This document shows, in pieces, positions 20,969 to 31,566 of a DNA stretch of 39,796 nt. The stretch's first letter is position 1. Every line of letters starts with the position of its first letter. The DNA lies in assembly GCA_002269645.1 (NCBI GenBank), contig NIVC01000066.1, forward strand, positions 1-39,796. The letters are read 5' to 3'. The notes under the pieces were generated by a model. The model saw only the letters and a list, made by a program, of their open reading frames with translations, did no database searches and was not told where the DNA came from. The DNA is from Macrostomum lignano. Its lineage: Eukaryota. Made by a program: the position numbers and the translations under genes.

Positions 20969-23900
20969 TTTTTATGAGGTTTATTAAACTTTCTCTCAAA
21001 CCTAAACCCAACTCCACCTCCTAAACCTAACCTCCAGTGCCCGAACGGTAGACTGTTGATATTGTCATCAAAAATGAATCTCTTGTTATCTGCACCTGAC
21101 AGTCCAATCTTCTTTTGCTGAATTGTGTGAATAATATGGTTTTTAGATTGTAGCTTTGAGAACTCATGTGATGTCTTTTTGTTGCAATTCAAGGCGTCTC
21201 TGTATTCAGCTTCATTAATTTCCTTCCTAACCACACGTTTCGGAATTCCCTTTGATTTTTTATTGGGTCTGACGACTCACATTTTATAAAATAGGACTTT
21301 GCTCTCAACCCAATGAATTCAGTGATTATGTCACCAGCAATCTCGTCCTTCATTTTCCCAATCACTTTCTTGTTAGTGGCGTCAAACACTTGATCGCCAT
21401 TCTGTGTCCTGCAAGATTCATCATACTCAGACAAGTCAAACAAATCTTTTTGCTGCAGCATGTCCTGATAAATGTCTTCTGTTTGAATGTCCATAATAAA
21501 ACTGTCTGTGTCAGTGTACAAGAGTTTCATTTTATCCTTGTACTGCTGCTTCATGCCATAGAAGAACTGGTACATCAGACGTTTTGATTCGTCGAGAACA
21601 GTGACACCTGTATAGATCGGCTTGCGCAGCGTCACCTTGGTTTTGTAAAATATGATCACACCTAAGTAGCTATTAAAGATATGGAGTTCTTTGAATGTTG
21701 GCTTTGACATATTTGCCTGAATAACAGCAGGCTCTGATGAGGTAACAAGTTTCAGGTTTGTTCTTTTCCGCTCATTCTCAAGAGTCTTGCCATAGACAGA
21801 GTTGTTGGCCAACTTAAAGAGGTTCTTGTCAAAGTCGTTGGTTGCTTTGGTCCTAAACTGGGTGTTCTTATCAATGTAGGGTTTCATCCACGCTTCCTCT
21901 GTAAATGTAAGAGCCCTGTGAACTTTGGTGACCCTGCAACCAAGTGAGATAAAATACTGAAGCAGTTTGTAATGGATTTTGTAACGTGTCTTGTTGTTTA
22001 GATTCTGTGTTAGTTTCTCTGTATGTTCTTTTTCTGTTCCTGACAGGTGCCAAGTTCCATTATTATCATTGGGAGTTTCGATTATTTTCGGGCACTTGAT
22101 GTTCTCTGGGAAGGGTGGAAAGTCAGAGAAATAGTCGTGAAGCTCTGGTGGAATGTAAACATCAACCTCATAAATGGCAGCCAATGAAAAGTCCCATTTG
22201 AATTCTGATGAGGGTAGCCATCGAAAATCTCTAACTGGAAGATCTTGACTCATCGCCCACCCGTAGAGATTATTAGCGTCCAAGTAAGTAATGTAGTTTG
22301 AGGGCTGCTCCTTATTGTAAGATTCAATGTAGGGATTGTTTGCTTTTGCATACCTGTTAACGCAAATTGAGATCCCCCTCGCTTTGACGATTCGACAAAA
22401 TTGTACATGTCAATGTCTGTAAGAAGTTCAATGTACCAATCTGGATCTTGATCCCATTTCATTTTAAGCAAAGATTCCCAGCTAGTGGCAGGCAGAGACA
22501 CATAATGTGCTGGATCGAGGCCATATGCTGTGTACCAGGTGTATCTGAAGGTTTCAAACACATCGGCCAGCAGAAACACATCTGTGAAGAGGTAAAGCAG
22601 GTGATACTGGAAGAAGTTTTGACAATTAAAGTAATTATAGACATGCTTCGCGTGCTCATAGTCTTTGTCAGAGATTCCAGAGTCTGTTAGCTTTGAAAAG
22701 AACTTCTCCTGTGGTGGTAAACCTTCTTCAAATACGTGATACCCAGTAATATTTTCATAGGGGTAGAAGCCTTTCTTTCTTAAAAGTTTAAATGATTCAT
22801 CACTGTTGTTAATTTTACTTGCAAACATCTTTGTATATGTACATTGTTCATCTTTTAGATTCTTGCTTAGTTCGTCTAGACTGGCAGCTAGAAATTGATA
22901 TGAATCCTTCAGTCTTATTTTACCTGTACCCGAATTATCCTGTTTAATATCAACACACTTAAACTTCTCCTTGTTCTCTGCGATGCAATCAAGGTGTATG
23001 TCTGGAATCATGCCGATTTTTTCAACTATTAAATGCATGTCATAGTTCTTTGCGTTGTGACAAAATATCGTTAGATCATGAATGTTCGATTTTAGCTTTA
23101 GATTACAGGTGTTATGCGCTGCACCTCTAAATTTCCCAGTAAGTGGCAGTGGTCCCTAACGGTGGGGTTTTTAATATTAGTGCAAGTTAAATGTTTCCTG
23201 CAGATGTGGCAATGAGTTGCTGATAGGAAATTGCTTTCATCCTCCTCAGTCATCATTATTGGAACAGGTTGAAGGGTGCTAATCACTTTTTGCAACTCTA
23301 ACATTCTGGCAATAAACTGCTCCACACACTGCTCTCCAAAGAAATAATTATACTCAACAAGTCCTTTTGTATTAATAAAGGCATATGCTACTGAATTGGG
23401 GATATGTTTTTGAGTTTGAGTTTGTTTTTGAGTTGGAGTTTGTTTTTGAGTTGTTTTTGAGTTTCTGGCACGATTGAGCATTCGAAATCAGCATATACAA
23501 CAAATGGGAGCTTCTCCATCTTGTGATAGTTCTTAAACCGGAGATACTTCTCTTCAGCTGAAGGAAGAGAGCAGTTTGTCGGGTGATCCTCGCATGATAA
23601 TTCATGCTCTGTTAGTTTTTCAAAGCGTTCAGGTCCACTGTAATGCTTAAGGCACAAGCGGCAGATGGCAACAGCCTCGTGATGATTATTCAACTGCTTG
23701 TGAATGAGTCTTGAAAGATCTTTAATCCAAACATAGTGAGCCTCCTCTAGTAAATTACCAATCACTAGAAGATCCACTTCAGTCCGCCTTTTCCCCTCGG
23801 ATCTAAAACGTCTTTGCTACATCTGACCGGTTGAACTTTCTCAGTTTTTCACTCCACTCAAAGACTGTGATTCTAATTTTGTTATTAAACACTTCTTCTA

Positions 23901-24862
23901 GCTTTGGGATCTGAGAGATCGCCAAGCCTCCTTTGTCAAACCTGATTCCCTTCTTTTCGCATTCGATGAGATAGTAGTTGAAATAATTTTGATAATTTGA
24001 GGTTCTTTCGGGGTGGTGAGGTACACTAAAAAGTGCAGAAAGAACTGCCCATAGAGCACAGCAATTGTCTTTATTTTTAACATTTATGCAAGCTTTTTTG
24101 CCGGCTAGCTTATGCGGGAGCTCTATATAAGAGGAGGCTTTAAGTGGGTCATATTTCATGACCATGACAGTCGCTCTTTGAATCCCTCCCACGACCCATC
24201 CGGAACCTCTGGATGTAAACGCTTCAATTTTCTTATTGACATCTTGAAGGAAAGGATCCAGTGTGTCTGTTGGGGTGAATGGCTTTGCCTTTGTTGTCAT
24301 GTAATACTCGAGATGCTCAGTGGGTTTTGCAGGCATATAAAACGCAATCTTGAATGATATCTGTAGTTTAAAGGTCTTGCGTGTTTTGAGTGTGTGATCA
24401 ACAACTGATTGGATGCTGTCTTTATAGTCGTAGATGTTTGCGGTGGTATCCGTTAATTGGGATTGTGTACTCTATGTAATGTTCTGTAAACTTCGTCTGT
24501 GCAAAATTAATCTCTTCAGTGGCAAGCTCCGACTCTTTTAAATGGATTAATTGCTCTAATTTCTCTTGTTCCTGCTTATTTTGTGGGTACTTTGCTTTTT
24601 CACCAGTGAGAGTTTCATATTTGTTAACTAAGTTGCGACTCCTCTCTTGGTGTTCCTTTGCAGAATTTTTTATAGGCGCATACTGGTTTGATTCTAATTG
24701 ATTGATGATTTCCAACTGTTTTTCATAGCTTCCCAGGTGACCAGGGTCGGTGTTGAACTTTTGTTTGCATGCTTCTCTTAGTGAATTACTTTTGTCTTGA
24801 AATGAGACGCCTTTTGAAAAATATTTGTTGACTAAATCTCTTGCTGGATTAGCTTTTGGCAT
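20965..24862 (-). pseudogene. polB: Protein-primed family B DNA polymerase, fragmented by about 7 frameshifts as assembled
   Basis: VVYADFE (ExoI), CHIC...VRDHCH.TGKFRGAAHNTCN, HNAKNYD (ExoII), KGFYPYE, DVFLLADVFE (ExoIII), YLDANNLYGWAM, KLANNSVYGK, YTDTDS, GKMKDE. Confidence 0.96.
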
Positions 24863-24984
24863 TTTTCTCGAAAATATAAAAAAAATTTTGAGGGTGACCA
24901 CCCTGATAGAAAAGTTGAACTGTTTCTACATCCTATAGTAGTATTAGGTTTATGAAGCTGGATAAAGTGGGGTTTTAAACCTCA

Positions 24985-25429
24985 TCACATCCGCATTATT
25001 GTAAACCCAGCATTGTGCAGTGTCATGATGGCTTTGACAATGTCAGACTTGCTTACAGAATTTTCATTCTCACAATCATCACGATCGGGCAGCCCTCTCC
25101 TGCCTTAATTGTTATACCTTTGTCTCTTGCAATCTTTTGCAATTCCAGCTGGTGGGCTCTATCATTCCCAGCTTTAACAGCAGTTGCTACACCTCCAGCT
25201 ACACCACCTGCGGCACTTACAGCGCCTGCAATGATCGGAATAAGAGCTGCTAATGGTAGGATTCCTCCTGACTTTTCATCTGTGATGCTGTGTCTTTGTC
25301 ATTACACTGAACTATTTGCTGCGTGGGATCGATTTTTACTTTGACACCTTTAATTGATATAATACCTGGTTTCTTTGATTCAATGATTTTATTGAGTTTA
25401 TTGATGGTTCTGGTTTCAATCTTTGTCAT
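24985..25429 (-). pseudogene. Adenovirus pX/mu-like core protein precursor, two frameshifts, absent from the ORF track
   Basis: Manual translation: MTKIETRTINKLNK... / ...EKSGG-ILPLAALIPIIAGAVSAAGGVAGGVATAV...KAGEG / ...KAIMTLHNAGFTIMRM*. Confidence 0.75.
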
Positions 25430-25445
25430 TTTTTATTTTAATATT

Positions 25446-26480
25446 TTAATTAATTTCTGTGTCAGCTGGTATCACTAGGAGTTCAGCTCTAGTGAATGAC
25501 CGCGTGGGGGATTTAGGGTTAAAGGCTTGAGATAAAAAGTAATAGTCACCGGAGTCGGAGGTAAAATGTCTGTCTATTTTATGCACATCAAGGCTGAAGT
25601 ATGGATCTGTAGCTCTTCTTTTGGTGTCTTCTCTAGCTCTCCAGGTAGATATAAAAAGCGTAGAAACTCAGAGTTTGTCAGTATGTATGGTGATTCAACT
25701 CCTGGAAGCTTAGGGTAGTTCGAGGTGTGTTTTGTGTTGTGTGTGTTGTGTGGGGTTGTCGTGTTGTTGTCTGTTCTATGAGATGCCTTAAGTTCGACAG
25801 TGTCTTGTTTAATTGCATGGGATGGTTTCAATCCAGTCATGCGTGTGACTTCATTGTTCAGTTGCTCTATAACAGTGGGGAGTCTTTCTGTCCACTTGGT
25901 ATAGTACTGCCCCGCACTCAGTTTGAGTTCTTGCGCTGTCTGCTTAGTGAATAGTCTCTTGGCTAGAGTTAGATTGAATCTTTCCACAAAAGCCTGGTCT
26001 CTGTGCAAGTTTGTTCTGCCATAGCGAATCTCTGTGTTTTTCTTTTCCATAAGGGATTTCACTACACCCATGAATTCCTTACCCGGGTCGGTCATAAAGA
26101 TTTGGGGGTATGTGAGCGGAGAGTTTTTATAAATATCTTGCAGTGCGCTGGCAACAACCTCTGACTTCTTCGTCTTGAGTGGGCGAGCTTCCTTATATCT
26201 GGAAGCAATGTCAATAATTGTAAGAGCATACTTGTAGCCTGAGTCGTTGGGGAGAAACAAAAGATCTGCTTGGTGCGCTTCATTAGGTTTATAAATACTG
26301 AAATGGGGCCTTTCAAATTTTACTGGTGGGAAATAGACTTGAAAGACAGCCTGCTTAGAGAGCCATTTTTCTACTGTAGCTTTTGGCTCTTACTCAGCTC
26401 CATGAGTTTACTAACGCATTTTTGCCTACAAAGAATCCTTTGTCGCTGTAGTAGAGTTTTTTAAGTTTCTGATCTGTCAT
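25446..26480 (-). pseudogene. int: Retroviral-like (rve) DDE integrase, three frameshifts as assembled
   Basis: KKLYYSDKGF N-terminus; HQADLLFLP (D), FMTDPGKEF (D), AFVERFNLTL (E); C-terminal GELE...RRATDPYFS...RSFTRAELLVIP. Confidence 0.93.
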
Positions 26481-26510
26481 TTATTTAAAAAGAAAATTTT
26501 AAATAAAATA

Positions 26511-27011
26511 ATGCAGCGCTCTGGTGGTAAAATAGATTCACATGGACTGATAGAAAAGCTTCCTCATCCAAACAAAGGCTGGACACTTCCCGGCTATAAA
26601 TATTGCGGGCCTTTGAATCCTCTTGAAATACAGCTGGATGGAAACAACAACCCAAATCCTGGGCATGAGCCTGTGAATGAGCTAGACTCTGTCTGCATGT
26701 GGCATGACGTTAAATATAGAGATTTTCCTGAGGAGAAGAATCGTTGGGACAAAGAAATGCTTAAGAGACTAGACAATATAGGGGCTTCAAGCGGATTTCG
26801 TGAGTCGATCGCTCGGAAGCTAGTTAAAGCTGTTATTTTTAGTAAGACAAAACTGGGGTTGGGGGTGTACGCCGAGGGCGGGTGTTTGGGGAGAGAGGGC
26901 GAGTGCACGGGGAGAGAGGGCGAACGCACGGGAGCAGAGTTTATTTTGTGCGCTCCTAACAATGAATTGGGAAGACTGCTGAAAGAGCTGGGGGTAGAAA
27001 GGGGCGCTTGA
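26511..27011 (+). CDS. Parvovirus VP1u-type phospholipase A2
   Basis: GWTLPGYKYCGPLN (Ca-binding loop) and PVNELDSVCMWHDVKY (HD catalytic motif), followed by DKEML. Confidence 0.9.
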   Translation: MQRSGGKIDSHGLIEKLPHPNKGWTLPGYKYCGPLNPLEIQLDGNNNPNPGHEPVNELDSVCMWHDVKYRDFPEEKNRWDKEMLKRLDNIGASSGFRESIARKLVKAVIFSKTKLGLGVYAEGGCLGREGECTGREGERTGAEFILCAPNNELGRLLKELGVERGA

Positions 27012-27853
27012 ATCGGGAAGGGCATGAGCAAGTGTGGATTTGAGTAAGTACAGTTTTTTATTCCCTAAAGAGTTGCGCACAAGAGAGATTCTCATTCTCC
27101 AGAGAGCTAAGAGCAGAAAATAAAAAGTCAACCGCTTCGCCGCCATTAGCATGCATGGACTGTGTATGTTGAGATTCCCTCCTTGATTGATATTGATTAT
27201 TGGCCAAATTGCGAGGCCAGTTGGCCCGCCGAGTTGGCCTCGGCCCGCCGATTTGGCCTCGGAATGTGGCCCGCCTAGTTGGTCTCTACGGTATGAAGAT
27301 ATGGGGCGGGGTAGAGAGAGGCGCTTGAGTCGGGAAGGGTAAACTATTATTCTCAGCCCTAACCAAGCGCAACAGCTGCATTTTGAAAAGTAGAAGCAGA
27401 AGGGGGGTGGGGTAACTGCTATTTGCTGAGGGAGCGCAGCCCTCTAATCGATTTTGCGAATGTACAAGTTCCACGCGTGCTTTCCTTTCCGCTTTGACAA
27501 ACCCAATCAACCAAGGAAATGTATGGGGACTTCAAGCGGGTGGAGGGAATCAATCGCTCGGAAGCTAGTTAAAGCACCCTCACATTCACACGCCTCATGT
27601 TCTATCGTTCACTGAGCTATATCGATTATTTTTTCCCTGCTTGACTCCAAGATTGTACAGTCTAAGAATTTTCTGGAATTTTCTAGCTGTATAGCTGTAT
27701 TTAAGCAAATGCAGAAACACTCGGGTTGATTCTCCCCGCATATGCCATCAACTGCGACTGAGAAACGACGACTGCAGGAACTTAAGCACGCTGAAAGCGA
27801 TCTAAGAAATTGTCCGCCAAACTAGAAGATTAGAAGACAAGAAGATTTAGAAA

Positions 27854-28531
27854 ATGGAAGTCGAGTGGAATCTTCATTTGACAGATAAGCAAGGCCTTTG
27901 TGCCATGCTACAAAGAGTTTTACAGGATATTCCGTCACATCTACAAGCAAGAAGAAGAGAGGAACTAACCACCTTTTTCGGTCTAGAAACTGGCGACCTA
28001 CCAATCGAGTTTTTCGCCATGGCCCCTGATGATATCGCCGCAGCGAATGAAGCGCAAAATGTGAGTAGCGAAGAGAAGAAGGCGGCGGCTCTGCAGAAGA
28101 AGATGGCGGATCTGCAGATATTCAGGGAGAAGTTGTACGCATCCCGCGTAACACTAGCTGATCAGCTGATGGACGCTGTTGATCACCAGCTTCCATCTGG
28201 CGAGCAGAACATCATCACTAGGGTGAAGGCGGCTCTAGCAAAATACAAGAAGACTCAAATTGGAGGTCTACATTGGATTCTCGAAGTTGGGCGGCTGCTA
28301 AAAACTTATCGCACCGAGAACTTTGGACAAGATGTTAAAGTGCGGTTCGCCCATTTGTGTAAAAATGTAAACATCCAGGAATCAACTGGCTATTTGTACA
28401 TTCGTCTGTACAAACTGTCTGTTACCTACCCAGGCTTGAGACAGGTGTCAATGCCAATTAGGGAACTAAACTCTAAGATGAAGTTTCTAGAAGAAATTTT
28501 GGCCAGTGATCCTGCGTGGAAAGTTGTGTAA
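27854..28531 (+). CDS. Helical accessory protein, possibly DNA-binding
   Basis: 225-aa open frame; ILEVGRLLK...F...NIQESTGYLYIRLYK resembles the DUF3102-like helical pattern (by eye only). Confidence 0.6.
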   Translation: MEVEWNLHLTDKQGLCAMLQRVLQDIPSHLQARRREELTTFFGLETGDLPIEFFAMAPDDIAAANEAQNVSSEEKKAAALQKKMADLQIFREKLYASRVTLADQLMDAVDHQLPSGEQNIITRVKAALAKYKKTQIGGLHWILEVGRLLKTYRTENFGQDVKVRFAHLCKNVNIQESTGYLYIRLYKLSVTYPGLRQVSMPIRELNSKMKFLEEILASDPAWKVV

Positions 28532-28558
28532 TTTTTAAATTCAGTTCATTTAGAATTT

Positions 28559-28998
28559 TTCTAACGCGTTAGAATTTCAAAGAGAAGATTCAACAACTGG
28601 AGACAGCCGATTGGTTAAGTAGAGGAGGGTAGCAATTTTCTCAGTACTGTGTGCAACTCAGTCGGTGGGTTTTAAATTCTAACGCTGTTAGAAATTTCTA
28701 TGTGAAAAGTTTCCCGCAAGATAAGCTTGGGCACACCAAATTTTCACATAGAAAATTCTAACGCGTTAGAGAATCTAGCTGCTGGCTCAAAGGAACGCTA
28801 GGCTGGCTCTGTATGGTTAAAAGAGGGGGGTAGAAATTTTCTAACGCCGTTAGAATTCTCTATGTGAAAAGCTTCCCGCATGATAAGCTTGGGCACACCA
28901 AATTTTCACATAGAGAATTCTAACGGCGTTAGAGAATCTAGCTGCTGGCTCAAAGGAACGCTAGGCTGGCTCTGTATGTTGTTGAAGAATTCTAACGC
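28559..28998. repeat. Array of TTCTAACG(N)CGTTAGA palindromes within a 162-bp tandem duplication
   Basis: Palindromes at 28559, 28677, 28756, 28839, 28918, half-site at 28990; period 162 bp; internal CTATGTGAAAA...TTTTCACATAG stem. Confidence 0.9.
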
Positions 28999-29120
28999 AG
29001 ATCCTACATAGTGTCTGTTTTTTCTACCATTTTTGATACTCTTGTAATAGTTAATACATATCCTATCAGCTGTGCAACCGTTAATAAATATATAATTCTT
29101 ACTAATGAATAATAAAATTA

Positions 29121-29587
29121 TTTTTTTTTTCAATGGGTAAGGACCCTGGGTCAGGGGATTTAAAGTTTTAGGGATGTGGTAGCACGTTGCGGATTGAATG
29201 TGGGGAGAAGAATGCAGATTATTTTCTGATTGTTTCGAAGATGCTATGGATGGATGTCAGTGGATTATGTCTGTGTCAGTGAGCATAACAGGTGTCCTAC
29301 TGTTATGCTCTGATTCTGTCAGGGATAATGCTCTGATTCTGTCAGGGATAATATGGATGGATTTAATTGGATTATGGAGGATGTTTTGTGAGCGAGTGCG
29401 ACCCCCCTTTTTTTCTTATTCTGTCGGGGATAATATGGATGGATTTAGGTGGATTATGGAGGACGTTTTCGGAGCGAGTGCGACCCCCCTTTTTTTCTGA
29501 TTCTGTCAGGGATAATATGGATGGATTTAATGGGATTATGGAGGAGGTGAAAAATTTTGTCCCAGAAGCCCCCTCATGCCTTCTACT
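29121..29587 (-). repeat. Right terminal inverted repeat with 82-bp subrepeats (2 plus a partial)
   Basis: Reverse complement of the left TIR; GGATTATGG heads at 29369, 29451, 29533. Confidence 0.92.
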
Positions 29588-30358
29588 ATGGTACGACCTC
29601 AGCTCACTCCTTTTATTTTTTTTAACCTTTTATGCCTATGGCCATTGTTGCTTACTTTCCCAATATTACTGATTAATTTTATATTATTAACGTGTTGTTG
29701 CTAAGACCCTCTGTCTAGCTTAAACTTTCTATTCTTCAGCATTAATTGGAGTGTCTCTAATAAACGTTGTTCAAAGTTTGCCGTGCGCAAAATTCGTATT
29801 AAGCGCTGAATAGAAACTCAAGTATTGCACAAATAAGAATACAGTATTATAATTGGTATGCGGTCAAAGCCTTTCCTACTACTCAATAACTCGTACTTAG
29901 CCAAATGTTCAACCTACTCCAATGCACTACCCTTAATCGAAGCCCACAAGCTACGTACACTCCCTCTCGCTACAAGACAAGGCTCTTAAAAAAGCTCCGA
30001 AGCAGCGCACTGGAAAAAATCACCAAGACAATTCTTGGCTCAACTTGCCAAAAGAAACAAAAGACACAAGTTTTCAATTTAAGACTGTATAGTGGGTGCT
30101 TGTCTACCAATTTTCTACCGTTATCAACCACACCTATATATTATGCGTCTTTTTCCTAATACGTTTTGCTTGCATTGCTTACATTTTTTACTAATTAAAT
30201 TTATTTTGCGGTTTACTCGCTTTACTTTAGCTATAGAAGAAATATACAAGAAACTAAAAAAACAGCTTACGTACAACAGTTGTTTTTCAAAGCCTCTATT
30301 AAATTACATAAAAAGCCCAAAGTTTAAAGTATCAATTCAAACCTCAGCCTTTCTTCAC

Positions 30359-30556
30359 TTAATTGTCCATCGTCAAATCAAAGTATTCCTCCGACTTTAT
30401 TTGAGCACTTCCTTCCTCGTGGATATTCAAGCGATAGCCGTTACTCCCGTTACTCGTTGAGATCAGAACAATCTCCACGCCTACTTGTCCTCCTTCAACC
30501 CTTCCGATCGTGCTTTCGTAGCCCGGTGGGGGTCTGTTAAATACCCCGTTTTTTGG
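30359..30556 (-). CDS. Coding exon of an unknown small-protein family (copy A)
   Basis: PPGYESTIG...VEIVLISTS...GYRLNI...EEYFDLTMDN*; paralog at 37641-37838 differs at many synonymous sites; preceded by an 81-nt GT-AG intron (30557-30637). Confidence 0.65.
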   Translation of the reverse strand, partial: PKNGVFNRPPPGYESTIGRVEGGQVGVEIVLISTSNGSNGYRLNIHEEGSAQIKSEEYFDLTMDN

Positions 30557-30867
30557 CTGCAAGAAGTAGAAATGCAGGGCATTACTGCAAGATCATTTAA
30601 AGATTTTTGTTAAACACAAAGTCAAATAATTGCTTACCTTCTTTGACATACCGCTCGGCTAAGGCCTTTTTATGCCGACTTTTCCATACATTCGCCCGTA
30701 GTATTCGCTCGAAGTATTGTAATTGATAAAATATTCTTTTGGAACGCGGCTAAGTTGGATTTGTTAGACTCCATCTCCTCTCCTTTTTATATAGAGTTGG
30801 CCCAACAGAGTGGGCCATCACGACCTGCAAGTCTAGCGATATCGAACCGGGCGTGCGGTTTTTTGTT

Positions 30868-31062
30868 TCAGAAGAGATGAGCGATCACCCCATCTTCTTT
30901 AGTCCTTGCTACAACTGACTTATTCTTCTTAACCCCACTAACTTTTGTATATACAACAGCTGACAGTTCTTTGAAGACAGCCGTGAAGTCGGCAGATTTA
31001 GCAATCTCGCTTTGCAGATCGTCCACAACCAAAAGATCTCCCGATCGTAAGCTCCCCAACAA
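30868..31062 (-). CDS. Unknown ORF, paralog of 38091-38342, probably frameshifted near its end
   Basis: SAVVYTKVSGVKKNKSVVARTKEDG versus SAVVYIKVSGVKTKKTVVARDKDDG. Confidence 0.5.
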   Translation of the reverse strand: MLGSLRSGDLLVVDDLQSEIAKSADFTAVFKELSAVVYTKVSGVKKNKSVVARTKEDGVIAHLF

Positions 31063-31098
31063 TGCGCCTGTAAAACCCCGAATAAAATGCGAGCGTAT

Positions 31099-31202
31099 AT
31101 GATGTGTTCCTTACTACCAAGACTTTCTTAGTAATCAAGGAACAATCACTTCTAGCTACTGCTAGGCAACCCAGTAATCAAACGAAGGTATTTATTACCT
31201 TG
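31099..31202 (-). ncRNA. Three-hairpin motif, copy e
   Basis: AAGGTA-N5-TACCTT, invariant ACTGGGTTGCCTAGC, CTAGC-N4-GCTAG, 52-nt hairpin with 23 pairs. RNA function and strand are inferred. Confidence 0.45.
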
Positions 31203-31215
31203 AGTCCTGACTAGT

Positions 31216-31320
31216 GTGATGTGTTCCTTATTACCCGACTTTCGATAATCAAGGAAAAATCACTTCTAGCTCAGTAGCTAGGCAACCCAGTAAGTCAACA
31301 GAAGGTATTCAATTACCTTG
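31216..31320 (-). ncRNA. Three-hairpin motif, copy d
   Basis: Same architecture with different loop sequences. Confidence 0.45.
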
Positions 31321-31463
31321 AGTCCTTTGGAGATCTCTCGGAGTAGCTCTCGATTAGTTTCAGTTGATCTCGTACAGTCACTTCTGACTATCGTTTGTAG
31401 ATCGGGTCCGATTCTTCTTTCTTCTTCAAATAGTTCCGGCCGGATTCTGTCGCTCGGACCAAT

Positions 31464-31566
31464 TGATGTGTCCCTTATTACCCGACTTATGGTAATCAAA
31501 GAACACTCACTTCTAGCTCAATAGCTAGGCAACCCAGTAAGTCAATTAAAGGTACTTCTTACCTTG
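31464..31566 (-). ncRNA. Three-hairpin motif, copy c
   Basis: Same architecture; G-U-preserving changes in the long stem. Confidence 0.45.

Larger units (their letters stand above)
13320..29587. mobile_element. Polinton/Maverick (adintovirus-like) self-synthesizing DNA element, 16268 bp
   Basis: Termini AGTAGAAGGCATGAGGGGGC...GCCCCCTCATGCCTTCTACT; long TIRs; full hallmark gene set (pPolB, DDE integrase, adenain-like protease, A32-like ATPase, major and minor capsid proteins). Confidence 0.96.

Noticed and set aside
22203-22245. CTGATGA...GAAA hammerhead-like core
   Set aside because: Stem II does not pair, no NUH site in register, and it lies antisense within PolB coding sequence.
14310-27152. 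Antisense and alternate-frame ORFs overlapping Polinton genes
   Set aside because: Shadows of the real coding frames.
13311-29597. Rejoined empty site GAGGAG-ATGG resembling GAGGAGATGG in unit A (~30771-30780)
   Set aside because: A 10-nt purine-rich match with no surrounding similarity; likely chance.
29198-29672. ORFs inside the TIRs
   Set aside because: Products of 82-bp subrepeats; no protein signature.
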